Under the pieces are notes generated by a model, which was not told the DNA's origin, did no database searches, and saw nothing but the letters and a program-made list of their open reading frames with translations. Source: Amoebophrya sp. A120 (taxonomy: Eukaryota > Protista > Dinoflagellata). From it: 64,000 bases of DNA. The position numbers and the translations under genes are program-made. Below, piece by piece: positions 11,640 through 25,530 of this stretch; positions within the stretch are counted from its first letter, which is position 1, and each line of letters opens with the position of its first letter. The stretch is from positions 1,733,216-1,797,215 of the forward strand of contig CAJINV010000002.1 in NCBI GenBank assembly GCA_905178155.1. The letters are read 5' to 3'.

Positions 11640-14600
11640 TCAGTTGTCATCGATGGAGGTGTTGCTCTCGAAGAGTGAGCTAGACACGCTTCTCCTTCTC
11701 GCCCGATGTTGTGCTGCTCTTGTTGCATCTACTCGTCCATGCGTTGGTTCAATATCACCTGTTGGTTGTTCCTGCACCATCATTGGTTGATCAGCCTGTG
11801 CTGCGAGCGTTTCCGAGCGCCGGTGCAGAAGTTGTTGATACTGCATATTATCGTCTCCGAGTCGTGTTTCTTGCATCGGGCCTGCCAGGAAATCGGGTAA
11901 AGATGCAACGCCTGGCGGCCCTCCGGGCACAGCAACTATCCCCGGAGGCGGCTGCTGCACTCCTTCCGCCGGCCAAGACCACCCTACCAGCTCGTCACCG
12001 CGAAGCATTTGTGGTGCTGCTGTACCAGCAACGAATGGCGGCTGTGGCGTTTGCAGGTCAACACCAAATACCACTTGTTCCCCCTCCGAACCCCCGCCAA
12101 AAGTCGGTCGGTCCGCCAACATCGGCCTATTCTGCTGCTGGTGTTGCTGGTGGTGGCATTGGGGCCCGAAACCATTCCCGCCCACATTCACTCTCAACGA
12201 CGACCCTTGGCTTTGCGCACCCCCAGAGCCGTTGCTGTCTTGCGATAGAGGGGCGACAGCGCGGTAGTGCCCGGGCGAGGGCCGGGAGCTCGCGCTCGAG
12301 CCGCCGCTTTGGTACCGGGCGAATTCGCCGGAGTTATTGGGGTGGTAAAACGGGTCGCTTTGTTGCTGCTGGAGCTGCAGTTGCTGCTGGAGCAGATGAT
12401 GTTGCTGTGCCGCGGCAAATAGCGCTGCATTTGGATTTTGCTGTTGACCGCCGGGGAATGGATTCCCCAGTGTCACTGGCTGCACGTTCACCCGCATACT
12501 CGACATAGAGTTGGATGCTCCGCTATGAACTGCAAAAGCATCGTACTCGTATAAATGCATTACAAATTTCCTCAGCATGAGAAATAAAATTTGCAATGCT
12601 GATTTGCCTCAAGAAAAAAACTTGTGATGCAAGGCTTGCATTTATACGAATACGATACTTTTGCACAGGATATCCGCCAAGGCTAGAGCCATGCGACAAG
12701 GGCGGCGAATGCGGTCCGGCGGGGTAATACCAAATGTAAAAGTGTCTGGGTCTGGAAGAATGCAACTTGTGATGCTGCATTTGGATTCCAAAAAAATCTG
12801 TATTGCATGAGTACCAAAGGGAACGTAATTCTTGCTACGCGGAGAGGGCATTTGTCATGCGGAATAGGCATCAAGAAGCTCTCAAAAAATCTGTGATGCT
12901 AGGGCATGCACCACAGACATCAGGGCTCATGCAAAACGTGCATGACAAGTGTCAGAATCTTCCAGATCCAGACATTTTTACATTTGATAGGTAAGCACCT
13001 CCACCTCGTTGCGAGTGCCACGAACTGTTTGCCGAGCCAGAAGTGCTGGTTAAGTGTCGGTTGGTTCCCCGACCACTGCCCCCGGAGTTGTTCCCGCCGA
13101 GGGAGGGCACCGGACCTTGCCGGCTGGAAGCGGCAAAAGAGTTCCCCCCGGAGGAAGAGCTGGTGCCTTGGCCGGCGGAAAGATACGACTTCCCGCTACT
13201 AGACCCCAACCCGGAGCTGCTATGCGACCCCCCGGACTGAAAAAAGTCCCGCCGAATCTTCTGGCCCTGCTGTCGGCTTTGCGTTGGTGCGGAACTACGC
13301 GGCGGCCGGTATTGCGGGCCCGGTGGCCCCGTATGTACAACCGTGCTAGAAGCCACTCCTCTCGGGGCGGCCGCGAGGTCAAAACTCGACCCTGTAGGAC
13401 CTTGGGAAGAAGATGATCCGCCGTGGTTTACCATTTCGTGCTGATGTCCACCACCACTGCTAGAAGCAGCAGTGGCGCCTGCCGGCGTGCCCTTTGATGT
13501 AGTCGACGTCTGAGCAGGTCTGTTTCGATCTGACCCGTGGCTTGATCGGCCGGCGTTATTTGATGTTCCAACTACACCGGAAAAACTTCCCGGCGGCGAA
13601 ACCACCCCGCCTTTCTGGTGGTATTGGTGCGCATTTTTCGCTCCGCGCCTGGTTCTCTGATGCACTCCTTTCCCGCTACCCGGAGGGGACACGTAGTGAT
13701 GTTGCCCTCCGTGTTGCTGGTGCTGCTGCCCCCCATCGTACTGGGTCCCCGGCTGACTGGCCGGTGGGGAAATGTATCATACGAAAAAAGTGTTTCACTG
13801 TAAGGATTTTCCAGGTTTTGCATCACAAGTTTGTTCTACATGACAGAGAAAATTTGCCATGCAAGGTTCCTAAGGGAAAACACAGCTAAAAATCCATTGT
13901 CTTGCATGTGTAGCAAGACAAACACTTGTGAGATACATTTTCTGCATTACAAGTTTACAGTGAAACAGTTTTTTCTGGCGATAAAATGCGCATCGCCTCT
14001 AATAAGTCCAACGCCGCCATGGCTTCCTTGGCACTATCGGTACTCGGTGGGGGTCGAACCCGAAGCTGCTGTCCGAACTCTTGACTACCGCTGTGGGGGT
14101 GATAGGCGGACCCGCCGAAAGTGCTAGTACTTGAGGGTGGCCCGGAATGAGGCGGACGGAAGTAGGGAAACAGCTGTGGTTGGTGCAACATCGTGCCTCC
14201 ATAGTACACAGGCGGGGGATTATCAATTGCAGCGGCTGCAGCTGCAGCAGCACCTTCGTGTGGACCGTGCGGTAGCTGTTCCATGGTAGGGTTGGGAGGC
14301 AGAGGCATTGGGTTAATATTTTGTAGAAGACCTGGCTCAACATCTTGCAAGAACGGTTGTTGATGTGCAGAAGGTGTTGCTGCTTGTGCACCGGCAGCTC
14401 CGCCCCATGCACCGCTAGAACTACCCTCATTTTCCCACAGTCCGCCGGTACTCAACATGTCCCGCATTTCGTAGGGGATGTCGCTCATGGCACTTGTTGG
14501 AAGATGGTGCTGTTGCGGCTGCTGCAAAAATTGCTGTTGCTGCAGCACTTGCTGCTGCTGTAAAAGCTGTCGCTGCAGTTCTTCGTGCTGGAGCTCCTGC

Positions 14601-17600
14601 TGTTTCTTATGCATTGCAAATATGTCTACTGGGTCTGGAAGGATGCAACTTGTGATGCTGCATTTGCATTTGGATTCTAAAAAAATCTGTATTGCATGAG
14701 CAGCAAAAGCGGTCCAGTTTTTGCCACGGTGAGAGGGTACTATTTCTCATGCGGTATAGGCTTGAGGAAGCCCTCACAAAATCTGTGATGCTAGGGCATG
14801 CATCGCAGACATCAGGAATCATGCAAAATGTGCATGACAAACCTTGCATCCTTCCAGACCCAGACATATTTGCATTTGATATTTCTGTTGCTCCCGCAAT
14901 TGCTGCTGCTGGACGAGCAGGCAGTGGAGCTGATAGCTGACTGTGCCGCCCAGAGACGCAGACGCGGATGGTTGTCCGGCGTCTGGAAGATGTTGACCAG
15001 GGACAGCAGTAGCAGCTGCACTTTCCCCTCCGCAATGCACGCTTTTATCGCGCCGATGTAGTAGTTCTTGACCAGCTTGACCTCCCAACGCGGACAAACT
15101 CTGTCTGAGTCGCTGCTGCCGCAATAAGTCTTTTTGCCGTGCTAAATTCTCTCGTGTCAGCGGCATGGTCGGTAGCACGTCCGCAGTTTTTGCGTGTTGC
15201 GGAATTGTTCCCGCATGTGAGTCTACTGCATTTCCTTCGCCGGCGAACTCTCCAGATAAAAATTCCCGGTTTTTTCTGTCATGTGTCCCCTGTGGGTCTG
15301 ACGTTTGCCGCAGCCAGTCCATGTCACTGTCCATAGAAAGTTCTTCTTCGTCTATCGTAAGGAAAAATCCCCCCTCCCCATATTGAAAAGGCATGTTTCC
15401 GGAAATTTGTGTTGCTGATTTGAGGTCACAAATCACATTTTTCTTGCAAGAAGACAAGGGCAGAAGCTTCCGCCCCATTATGGAAGCGCTTTGTCATGCT
15501 GTTGGGCCTAGAGGGGAGCAGTTTGCCATGCTTAAGAACTAGACCCATACGCCCTTGCCTAGCCTGGGTATCTGGCCGCAGTGCCTTCCTGCAATACAAA
15601 GCTGATTTATGTACACAAATCCAGCATCAGAAGTTCCGTTTTGATATGGGGAGGGGGGATTTTTCCTCTCAATATCGTCAAGTGAGTCCTCTCTGTCCGG
15701 AACTCGCTTGCTAAAACTCCGCGGCTCCTGCTCTTCTTGTTGACTTGCCTGAAGATCATGATGTTTTGACTTTTTCAAAAGTAGTCTCGTCCTCTCCTGT
15801 TTCAACTTTCTATCTTGCTCTATCATTTCCGCCTGAAAAACTTCCGAATGCGCCAGCATTTCTTCGAATTTGACCTTGTCTACGCCTGTTGTCATGGCGT
15901 CTTTCAGTTTCGAGTCGAACGATACTGCCCCATCCTGCAGCAGCTTCAACCTCTGTTCGAGCAGGTCTTGGCTTGTCGCAGCTTCCATCGACTCGGCGAA
16001 GTAAGGAGCGCCTGGGGTAGCTCCGGCGCTGCTCGCTTGTGATAGCGGAGCAGACTGCTGAATCAGTTGAGCCGTCTGGTTCCTCTCGTGTAAACGTGCT
16101 TGGTAGAGCCCGGGAATTTCAGTTAAGTCGCCCAGATCCATTGGACGATGAGCTGTCGTCGTCGCGTCGGTTTCGTGGCCACTTGACGACGCAGCGCCAG
16201 GGCCGGTCCCGAGATGTGGAGTTTGCAGATGAACGTTGTCGCGATCATGCTGCTGTTGCGAAGCAAGAGCTTGTTGGTTGCTGACGTATATCTGCTGCTG
16301 CTGCTGCTGCTGCTGGGGGTCGCCCGCCGGCGGCACAGCGCCACCCTGCTGCAAACTCTGAATCTGCTGCAGCATGGCCAATCGTCTTTGCTCCTGCTGT
16401 ATGGATTGCAAAAGTGTCTGGGTCTGGAAGGTTGGAACTTGTAATGCTAGCTTTCCATACCTAGAATATCTGTATCTATTGCATTACCAACAAAAGTCGC
16501 GACCTCTTTTGTACATGCAAAAACGCAAATTCTCATGCGGATTGCCTATGAGAGAGCGTTCTGGAAAGTTGTCATGCTGGGTTGCATTCGGAACTCTTTC
16601 CATCATCCACATTCTAGCATCACAAGTTTCCAGACCCAGACATTTTTGCATTTGATATGCTGCTGCCAGAAGAAGTAGTTCAGAAGCTGATCCTGCTCTT
16701 GCGGGGGACCTCCCTGTTGCTCATCTTCAGTTGGCTTTTCTGGAATATCATGCCCTCCTTCTTGTTCTTGGGCCCGGGCAACATCGGCTGCCGCGGCAGC
16801 CGAAGCGGAAGCAGCCGCCGCTTCTCGCTGCTCCGCTCCTTGCAGCCTCTGGCGGCGGGTTTTGTCTCTACGGGGAGGCTTTACTTCTGCCTCCGCTTGC
16901 TTGTGCTCCTCTTCCTCTGCAGAAGTTTCGACACGTTCTTGCAGCCGTGCCTCTTCTGCAATTTCTTCTGCGGCAGATGAAGTAAAGGCAGCTGCACCAG
17001 CAGCCGCACTTGCTGGTGCCGCCGCAGTTGTAGCAGGCGAATTACTTTCGGTCCCAGCCGTACCAGATGTAGAGCCAGTTGGTTTATTCCTAACCAGTTC
17101 CGTAATCTCTTTTCGCATACTCTCCATTAACATTTGCTTCGCCGACGGGCCAGCTGCCTGATCCTGTTGCACTGATCCTCCTTTTACAAGTCTATCTCGA
17201 TCTTGCTGCAGAGCCACCGAGGTCGTGCTCTCAGCGGAGTAGAATTTGTCTTGCGACACTGTCAATAAAAGCGGCATCTGCGTCGTTACTGTACTGTCAA
17301 CTGCCGCCGCGGCGGCGACACTGCTACCGGAGCAGCTGCCGCTCCCGAAACAGGACGGCAACGGCGGAGAGGAACCAGTCGCGGGGGACGCACCCTGCCA
17401 CAAACTACCTGTTGCTGCTCCCGGAGCCGATGTCTGTTGACCACCTCCCGGGTGGGCAACAGGAGTTGTCGCGCCCACCTCCGTTCCCTATCAAATGTAA
17501 AAATGTCTGGGTCTGGAAGATTGCCAGACTTGTCATGCAGGTTTCCCATGACCCATGAGGTCTGGTATGGAGGACATAGCATGACAGATTCCGTGAGAGT

Positions 17601-20600
17601 TCTATGATGCCTATCCTGCATGAGAAACTGCCTCTGGATTAGGTCAAAAGTGGACAGCTTTTGGCACTCATGCAACACAGATTTTTACATGATTCAGATT
17701 TAGCACGACAAGTTCCAACCTTCCAGACCCAGACATTTTTACATTTCATATTCCCGCTGGGCTAGCAAAAGATTGGTCGGACGTGAACCGTCCCTCGTTC
17801 TATCAAACGGAAAAATCCCCCCTCCCCATATCGAAATGGAAATCTGTGATGCAGGATTTGAGGTACCAAATCGACTTGTCATGCTAGAAGGCCAAGAGCC
17901 GCAGTCGTGGTCTCGTTTGCAGGCAATTTGTCATGCTGTTTCCCACTCTCAGCTGCCTCCTATCATGCTGAAGATGCAAGGCTCCCCCACGCCACCCAGC
18001 ACTACAGTCCGCATCTTTTCCCGTGTAGCATGACAAAGCTGATTTGTGACAACAAATCTGCATCACAGAATTCCGTTTTGATATGGGGAGGGGGGATTTT
18101 TCCTTTTGATACGTTCAACCTCTTGTTCTGAGTACTAGTTCCCGCACCGGAGGACCTTCCTCCGTCGGAGCTAAAGCGGTCCGCAGAGAGCCTTGCTTGT
18201 GGTGGCTGCGACGAGCCGGACGAAGAGAATCTTTCGGCAGGAGAAAGGCCACTGTTCTGGCCGCCCGCCGGTGCCACAGAACTCACACTGCAGCTCACCT
18301 GGCTCTGCATCGCACCGGCTTCCCCCACCATAGAAGGGAGTGATTCCTGCGTCCAGTTCTGCTCCCGAATGGCTTCCAACGGGGGCAGACTGGTATAGGG
18401 AACTTCCGGCGGGGAAGCATGTTCCGGGGCGGGGAGATGATGGTCCACTAGTACTCCGTGCTGATACAAATTCTGCTGCGGCTGCGGGGCATTTGGATTG
18501 AACGGCAGTTGTGCATGTTGATGTTGCCCGGGAGCTGGAAATACATGCGTCGGCCACGGCTGCGAATGCTGAGGAGGCAGAAATGGTGGTTGTGAGTGCT
18601 GCTGCAGATGAAAAGCCTGGTGAGCAGGTAACAGGTGCGGGCTAATAGTAGTGTGCTGGTGGACCAGAACTGCGTTATTCATTGGGTTAATATTATACGG
18701 AGCCCCTGCGACGCCGACGTGTTGGGCTTGCGGGTTCGCGGCAGCAAACATCTGGTCTTGATGTTGAGCAGCACTTCCCATAGAAGGACCAGGATCAGTG
18801 CCAGGATATAATTGTTGTTGTGCAGAGCCAGCCTGCAATTCCGGCTGCGGCGCAAACACGCTCGCTTGACCTGGATGGTACCACGGCGACATCTTTTTCC
18901 TCGTCGCCGCAACGTTTGATGCGGATTGCGGTCTCGGTGGACCGGCGGGGGGAGTGTATTGCTGAGTTTGTTGCACTTGCAGCTGTTGCTGCTGCTCCTG
19001 GACGAGGTCAATTTGTTGTTCGTACTGTCTCTGTTCAGCGAGATATCTTTGCCGCAGCAGCGCGTGTTCGTCGATGGTCCCAGTGGTTGGTAGTACTCTC
19101 TCAGCACCATGGTGGTCTTCATCATCTTGAAACAACATCCCCGAAGCAACAACCTGCTCCGGCGCAGAAGAAGTGGGATCAGCAGGATCTTGACTACCAG
19201 AAGGACCCATAATAGCTGCACCTTCAGGAACAAAACTCCCACTTACCGCACCGGCTTGTAACGCCCGGATCTGCGCCTCAATCTCCGCTGCGGATCCTCT
19301 TCTCGCGAGCATGAGTTCCCGAAGTTGCTGTTCCGTCGCGAGCTGGTGGTCGAAAGTGTTGTGTGATCCAGCTTATGCATTGCAAAAGTATTGTACTAGT
19401 AGAAATCGCATGACAAATTCACTCAGCATGAGAAATGGAGTTTGTCATGCTGTTTTACCTTGGGATGGAGATTTGTAAATGCATGTTGACTGCGCCGTCG
19501 ATTGCTACGAGTGCGATACTTTTACACAGGATACAGCAGCACCAGACGCAGATGCTCTGGCAAAGGGAAGGTACCCTTCTGGTGCGAGCTTGTCGATGTC
19601 CTCCGTCACGTCGGATTCCCAGGAAATATGGTTTTGAGGACCTGTATTACCGCTGCCTTGAAAATCGGCGACATCCGCGGTGAAAAACCGGGGGTCGCGC
19701 TGCACGGCGGAAAAATGTTCTACTTGCGAAGAAGTAGGACCAGTTTGAATTTGGGTCTGCAGCTGCTGCGATGCCAGCGTTGGGGATGCCGATCGTCCTT
19801 GCTGTAGTTGTTGATACTGAGCTCGTTCTTTTTCTGCTCCAGCACCGTCGTCCATTTGGTCTCGGAAATTATCCAAATCGCCGTCGCCCTGCTTCGCATA
19901 CTCCGCCATCGCCACATCCATTGCTTGGATCATCTGCAACTGTTCTACCGAATCCGCACCCGCAGACATGATTGTATCCAAAGTTTTCACCTGTTGCACC
20001 CCAGAAGTCGCACCTCCGACTGGCTCCTTGCTCCTTTCCCTTTTCATCGCCCTCGCTGAGGTTGTTCCCGTGCTGGAACCCCCTCCACCCCCGGCGCCAA
20101 CGGCACTCCCGGTGTTGTTCTCGCTACCGCGGTATCAAGTGCAAAAGTGTCTGGGTCTGGAAGTGTGCAACTTTGTCATGCTTGTCTCACATGACTCTGA
20201 AAGTTGTCATGCACATTTCCTAAGAGCCCCACTTTTCTGTCATGCAGAAACGCAGTTTGTCATGCAGAATAGGCAACACCTAGAAGCTCAGAAAATTGCC
20301 ATGCTGAGCCAGCACTTGTGGCCTCTTCGTGATACGCCACCCAGCATCACAAGTTTCCAGACCCAGACATATTTGCATTTGATACTCGGGGCGTGTCGAC
20401 CTCGACTCCCCCACGACAACTGGAAGCTGAGATAACTGACGCGCCGGTGCTCCCAGAAGACATCGGCGCTTTGTCATGCATGTTTCGGATCACGCAAATG
20501 GCGTCTGGTGCAGGCAAAAGCATCACAGGTTTTGAGCAAGCGTCATGATGCCTGTCCCGCATGAGAAACTTCCTACTTGCGTGCCAAGAAGTGGACAGCT

Positions 20601-23600
20601 TTTGGCGCCCATGCAACACAAATTTTTGTGTGTTCCAGAGTTTGCATCACAAGTTCCAAACTTTCCAGACCCAGACATTTTTGCATTTGATACAACCAAA
20701 CTCGACACCGATTCCGGGATACTGCCAGTACCTTCCCCGCACCCGCTGTTCCGCCCCTTCGAAATCGACCGGGAAGGCGAAACCGACATGCTGCTCGCGG
20801 ACGCGCCCGACGCGGCGCCACCGCAAGATTCTGCTTCTGATTCACCAACGTTTATTCCGTTGTTACTCTCCGGTGTCACAAACCGGCTCCACTGTGTGTT
20901 GTTTTCTTGCGACTGAGACAGCGTGAGATTCCCGCTCCGGGTTCCGACCCCGCCGGCGGAGGTGGACGAACCCACGGAAGATTTGGTCAAAACGTGGCGT
21001 TTATCAAATGTAAAAGTGTCTGGGTCTGGAACATTCTAAGCTTGTGATGCTGTGCTCTGAAAAAATTTGTATTGCATGACCAGCAAGAGGACTCCAGTTT
21101 GTGCGACGCGGAGAGGTCATTTCTCATGCTGTAGAGGCATCACAAAGCTAGAAATCTTCCAGACCCAGACATTTTTACATTTGATAGTGTTGAGTCAGTC
21201 CCGCTGTTGAGCCCGGAGGCGGGCTACTTTCCACACCTTCTCTCCCGTCTTCAGTTCTTGTGCTCGAAATGATAATATGCGGCGTGACAACGTGACCATA
21301 TTCAAACGAAGTACAACTCCGAGCACGGTTTTGTTGACCTTGATCTTCTATTTCGCGGTTTTGAAGACCTTGATCTTGTGCTAATGTTTCCTCTCCCTGC
21401 TCTTGCGCGGACACGTACCGGGAGAAAGGCGTAGGAGGTATTCCCCCCTCGGAATTACTGGACCCATCCGGCGGGGAGTAGTATCTGGTGAAGGCGGCAA
21501 CATTTTCTGATGACAATTTCCCATTGGGAAATAATGAATTACCATCTCCCACCCCGACCGGCTCCAAATCATGGCAGCTAGGGGAGCCTGACGGACCTCC
21601 AGGTGATTCAACTAAATCCTGACTCGGACAGGAACTGAGATTGCTGTCGAATCGCGAGGCGCGGGAAAGTTGACTGAATTGACTGTTGAATTTCTCGCGA
21701 TTCTTGCCGCTCCGCGAGCCCTTCGTTCCTCGGGGGTTCTTGGCACTACTTCCGATCGTGTTGGCGTCCGAAGTACGGCCGGTCGTGCCGGAGGAGTGCG
21801 AGAGGGCCAAACTGTCCGTTTCAAAACGCGTGTCCTGCAGGTACTGCTCATCGACGACAAAGGATTCTGATGTTCGTGGTTGGCGATTGGAGGAAGTCGC
21901 GGCTGTAGTCCCAGCAGGGGGCGACTGTTGTTGATACAGCTGGTGCAGACCTTCTTGTTGCCCCGGGCCTTGACTAACGGCAGTACTTCTAGATGCAGCA
22001 AGGAATTCCTGTACCCGCTGCCGCTGTTCGGCGAAATCTGGCATGTCGTGCTCCGGAGGTTTATTCGGTCCGCCTGCGAACGAAACATCGCCATAACCCC
22101 CGCGTGTCACCAACATCTGATTTCCCGTAGTACCACCGGAGATCATCGATGCCGTCGGAGATAGCTGAAACATGGTATCATCAATTTCCGGCTCTTGCTC
22201 CGGTTGATGTTGTGCAAGAACCATGTCGAATGTAGTCAACTGCTCGATCCGCCGAGACGGGTGGACTGGGACCAAGGGCGGTGATTGGTCGTGTCCGACT
22301 TGTTGATCATGCCGGGGCTGTTGCAGTCCTAAGATTTCCCTTGCTGTTGCTCCCACGTGGTCTCCACCTTCCGCATTCAATGTTTCATCAGCAGCTCCCC
22401 CTGTGTGCACTTCCAAACTGAGTCTTGCCAAGGTACTAGAAGTTCGGCCAGAGTCGGCAGTTCGGCGCGGACCGGGAGTTCTTTCGCCTGTAGGCCTGTT
22501 TTCCTCGCCTCTACTACCTCCGGGAGAACTCGCGTGACCTTGTTCTGAGTGACGGTCAGAGTCGACAGTCTGTTGCCGATGATTGTTCCGGGTGTAGGGG
22601 ATATTCCTCGGATGGTGGGCGTCGCCTGGAACTGCGTAGAAAGCACTCTCCATGGAGACGACTGCAGTTTCTTGTCCACGACCATCGGTCGTGACTCCAT
22701 GCTGGTGGTCGTGTCTCGCTGCCCCGCCACGGTGTTCGACAAAGCTCGATTCTCGACTAAATAAATCATCTTCAACATCGGACTGCGGCTTAGGCATTTC
22801 GCCAGCTCCTACACTAATATGGTCGACGACTCGCTCCACAGACGGACGGCTCGGGTGTTCTTGATCACCAAAAATTTGTCCTGCTGTCTTGACAGCAGCA
22901 ACGCAAGAACTTGCTCCCGCGCAACCTCCAATTTGCGCCACGGCGGAAGCAGCGTTATCGGAATCATCTTCCGAATTGTCAAACCGGGAGCTGCTTCCAC
23001 GCCCAGAGTCCGGAGGCTGCAGTTCTTGCCGCGCCAAGCTGTGAAGAAATGCCAGGGAAGAAGATGCGCTGGGGCCAGCTTCGGTAGTCCTTTCCCGGCG
23101 CTCTACTGCGTTGAAGTTGATGTCTCCTGTAGCTCTTTCTCTCGTCGTCGCCTCCATTGCGTGGTCCTCGTGGGTAAAGATATTTTCAATTCTCTCCTCG
23201 GCTGGTTGTCGAGAATAGTACCTTCCCGTTTGGTCAAAAGCGGTATTCGACGTGGTCCCGGCGGTGTCCGCGCCGCCACGGGCATGGACTTTGAGACTCA
23301 GTTTTGTAAGCAGCGAACGTTCATTCGTGCCGCGTGACATACCGTGCTCTTCCGAGCTGTGGTCTTCGAAGGAGGGCCGCTCTAGTACTCCGCGGTGGTC
23401 ATGACCTCCGAAAGAGCTCCCGTCAAACCTGGAACTGACCCCCTCGGAGTTGGGCTCGGATTCACGCGGACTGGACAGGGGTAACGGTGGGAGATGCGGG
23501 TACGGGGCCAGCGGGGGACGTTGTTGAAGATGATGATGGTCCTCTCCGGGTGTAAAGCTGGAAGCGCCGCCTGAAGCAGCTGCACCAATTTGATGTTCCT

Positions 23601-24234
23601 GCGGGCTTTGCTGGAAGCTGCTGTTGAATACACCGCCGAACTGCGACGTCTCTGCCGCAACCGGAGATGTTGGAGATGATGAATTATTTTGCGGTATCTG
23701 TAACGGCGGTAGCTGCATCACAGGGTTCAGTTGTTGAGAGTTAATCTGCTGCTGTTGTTGGGTGGTCACTAACCCAGTCGCGTTCCTGGCAACACGTTGT
23801 AGAGGAGTTTCATTTTGCGGGTGTTGTGCCAACTGCTCCTCGGATAAGAACGGTGGGTCAGCGGAAACACGGCGCCGCTGCGGTTGTTCCTGTGTCTGAT
23901 GTCCATCTTCCCCGGCATCCACCGCACGACGTCGGCTGGAAGTAGGTTGGCGCCCATCATGGAAATCGTCGCTGCTAGGAATCGACGTCATCCGCGTTTT
24001 CCTCTGAAAGCGGGCCAGCTGGAACCTGCCGTCCACGAAGAGCGCCGTGGTTGCCAGCTGGAGCGACGCGAGCGAAAGAAAGGGGCCGCGCCGCCGGGGA
24101 ATCATGGCGGCCGTTTTTGTTGTTAGTACAAAAGCAGTTGCAGTCGTGGAGATCGTGGTTGCGCGCCATGGGCTCGGCAGAATCGACATAGCAAGGACGA
24201 GCAGGTTGTGAAAAGTTGTGAAAAGGAACGCCAT
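11640..24234 (-). CDS. Giant low-complexity (Q/S/G/P-rich) protein, 13 exons, ~3,223 aa, hydrophobic N-terminus
   Basis: Removing 12 introners gives one 9,672-nt frame from ATG 24234 to the stop at 11640, with each junction checked. No recognisable domain. Confidence 0.78.
12524..12672. mobile_element. Family C introner (TIR core tgcaaaagtatcgyactcgta)
   Basis: TIRs, perfect TSD tccgc, frame restored. Confidence 0.92.
12728..12989. mobile_element. Family A introner
   Basis: TIRs, perfect TSD ggtaa, frame restored. Confidence 0.92.
13775..13983. mobile_element. Family E introner
   Basis: TIRs, perfect TSD aaatg, frame restored. Confidence 0.92.
14608..14881. mobile_element. Family A introner
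   Basis: TIRs, perfect TSD tttct, frame restored. Confidence 0.92.
15353..15674. mobile_element. Family D introner (TIR core ggaaaaatccccc..tccccatat)
   Basis: TIRs, perfect TSD tcgtc, frame restored. Confidence 0.92.
16400..16657. mobile_element. Family A introner
   Basis: TIRs, perfect TSD tgctg, frame restored. Confidence 0.92.
17489..17750. mobile_element. Family A introner
   Basis: TIRs, perfect TSD ttccc, frame restored. Confidence 0.92.
17801..18111. mobile_element. Family D introner
   Basis: TIRs, perfect TSD cgttc, frame restored. Confidence 0.92.
19374..19533. mobile_element. Family C introner
   Basis: TIRs, TSD cagct/cagca, frame restored. Confidence 0.88.
20133..20384. mobile_element. 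Family A introner
   Basis: TIRs, TSD cgcgg/ctcgg, frame restored. Confidence 0.9.
20469..20692. mobile_element. Truncated family A introner (one TIR, no TSD)
   Basis: Right TIR ends at 20692. The left end stops at ctttgtcatgc. Removing 224 nt restores the frame (L-V-A-P-M). Confidence 0.75.
21002..21186. mobile_element. Family A introner, internally deleted
   Basis: TIRs, TSD gcgtt/gtgtt, frame restored. Confidence 0.9.
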
Positions 24235-24699
24235 TTTCAAAAACTTGGCGTGCGAAAAAAGATCTTTATTGTCGAGAACGTAAAAGACAAAGATAGAGAA
24301 AACGAGTCTCTGAAAGGAAAAGGCGTTTGCGTTTCATTACATTTACAGTTGTCGGCCTAAGCTTAAGCATTAGCATTACTTATTTGAAAAAGAGTCGTGA
24401 CAAAACGCCAAATGGAATCTGTCAGCGTACCGTAGCAGGCCCTAAGTTTTGTTCCTGGGTTAGGTAGTGAGGTTGCGTTGGCTGAAAACGGAGACGCAAG
24501 GGTTGTGAGCACCACAAGGCCCGACGGTGAGAACGAACGCTGCTGCATGTCTGCCACGGGGGTGAAAACAGTTATGGCAAGTATTTCGAGAGCCGCCGTC
24601 GTGCTGCCACACTCATGCTGAAAATGAAGAATGCGCGCAGTCGCAGAGATACGAGAGGCAACGATCTTGCATCCATACCTGCCGCACTTGCGCCGATAG

Positions 24700-25530
24700 A
24701 TTGCTTCTGCCTTGGCCGCTGCGCTAGTTTGCCCGTGGGCCAAGCTAGCGCGCGGGGGCGCAAGCGAGTTGGGGGGCCCCGGGCCTCCTAGCCATCCGCG
24801 ACAACGAGCCAAGGGGGCCCGGGGCGGCACGATGATGGCGGACCGGGGGGACCCGAAGTCAGGGCTCGGTAGGCAGACTTGACTGCCCTGCGGGCGGCAA
24901 AAAGGCCCCCAATGAACCGGCCCGGCCGGCCGCCCTTTCGATGGCGGCGGGCGCATAAGATGGGGGAAGGGAACGAAGCGGCGCCGGCATGGTGCGCACC
25001 CCCCCCCCCCCCCCGACCCCACACGCCCGGGCGCGCGGGGGGATGGGGAAGCCGGCGCCGCCGGCCCAGTCGGGGGCGGCGGCCGGCAAATTCGCGGGGG
25101 TCGGGCGGCGCAAAACGATCACCCGCGGCCGCCCCCCGGCCCGGCTTCGGCATATGGCGGCCCGCTTCGTTTTTCGGGTATTCCCCTCGCCACTCCGGTG
25201 CGCCAGGAAAAGCGCGCCGCTCACCGGCTGCCGCCCCTAGCCGCGGGAGCCGGAGAACGTGCGCGCCGCGCCAAACTTGCGCGGCCTCGCCGAAAAAGCT
25301 ACGCGCACCACAGCGCCCCCCTAGCACACCCCTCGGCCCCCCAGGGCCCGCCCCCCAAATGGGTCGGGCATCTGCACCAGGCGCGTCCGCTTCCGCGGGC
25401 GGGCCGGCCACAGCCGGCGCCACAACAACAGCAGCGCCGAACTTCGCGGCCCCGCTGCATTAGGATGGCCGCGCCCTTAGGCGCGCCGAGAGCTCCCGCC
25501 TTTTATGGAATGGCCCGCGCAATAGGCCAC
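24700..25530. other. Very GC-rich intergenic island
   Basis: Abrupt compositional shift with G/C runs and no credible ORF. Edges approximate. Confidence 0.6.

Noticed and set aside
12524-21186. CRISPR-like array of repeats
   Set aside because: The repeats are inverted pairs with TSDs at irregular spacing inside eukaryotic genes, and no cas genes are present.
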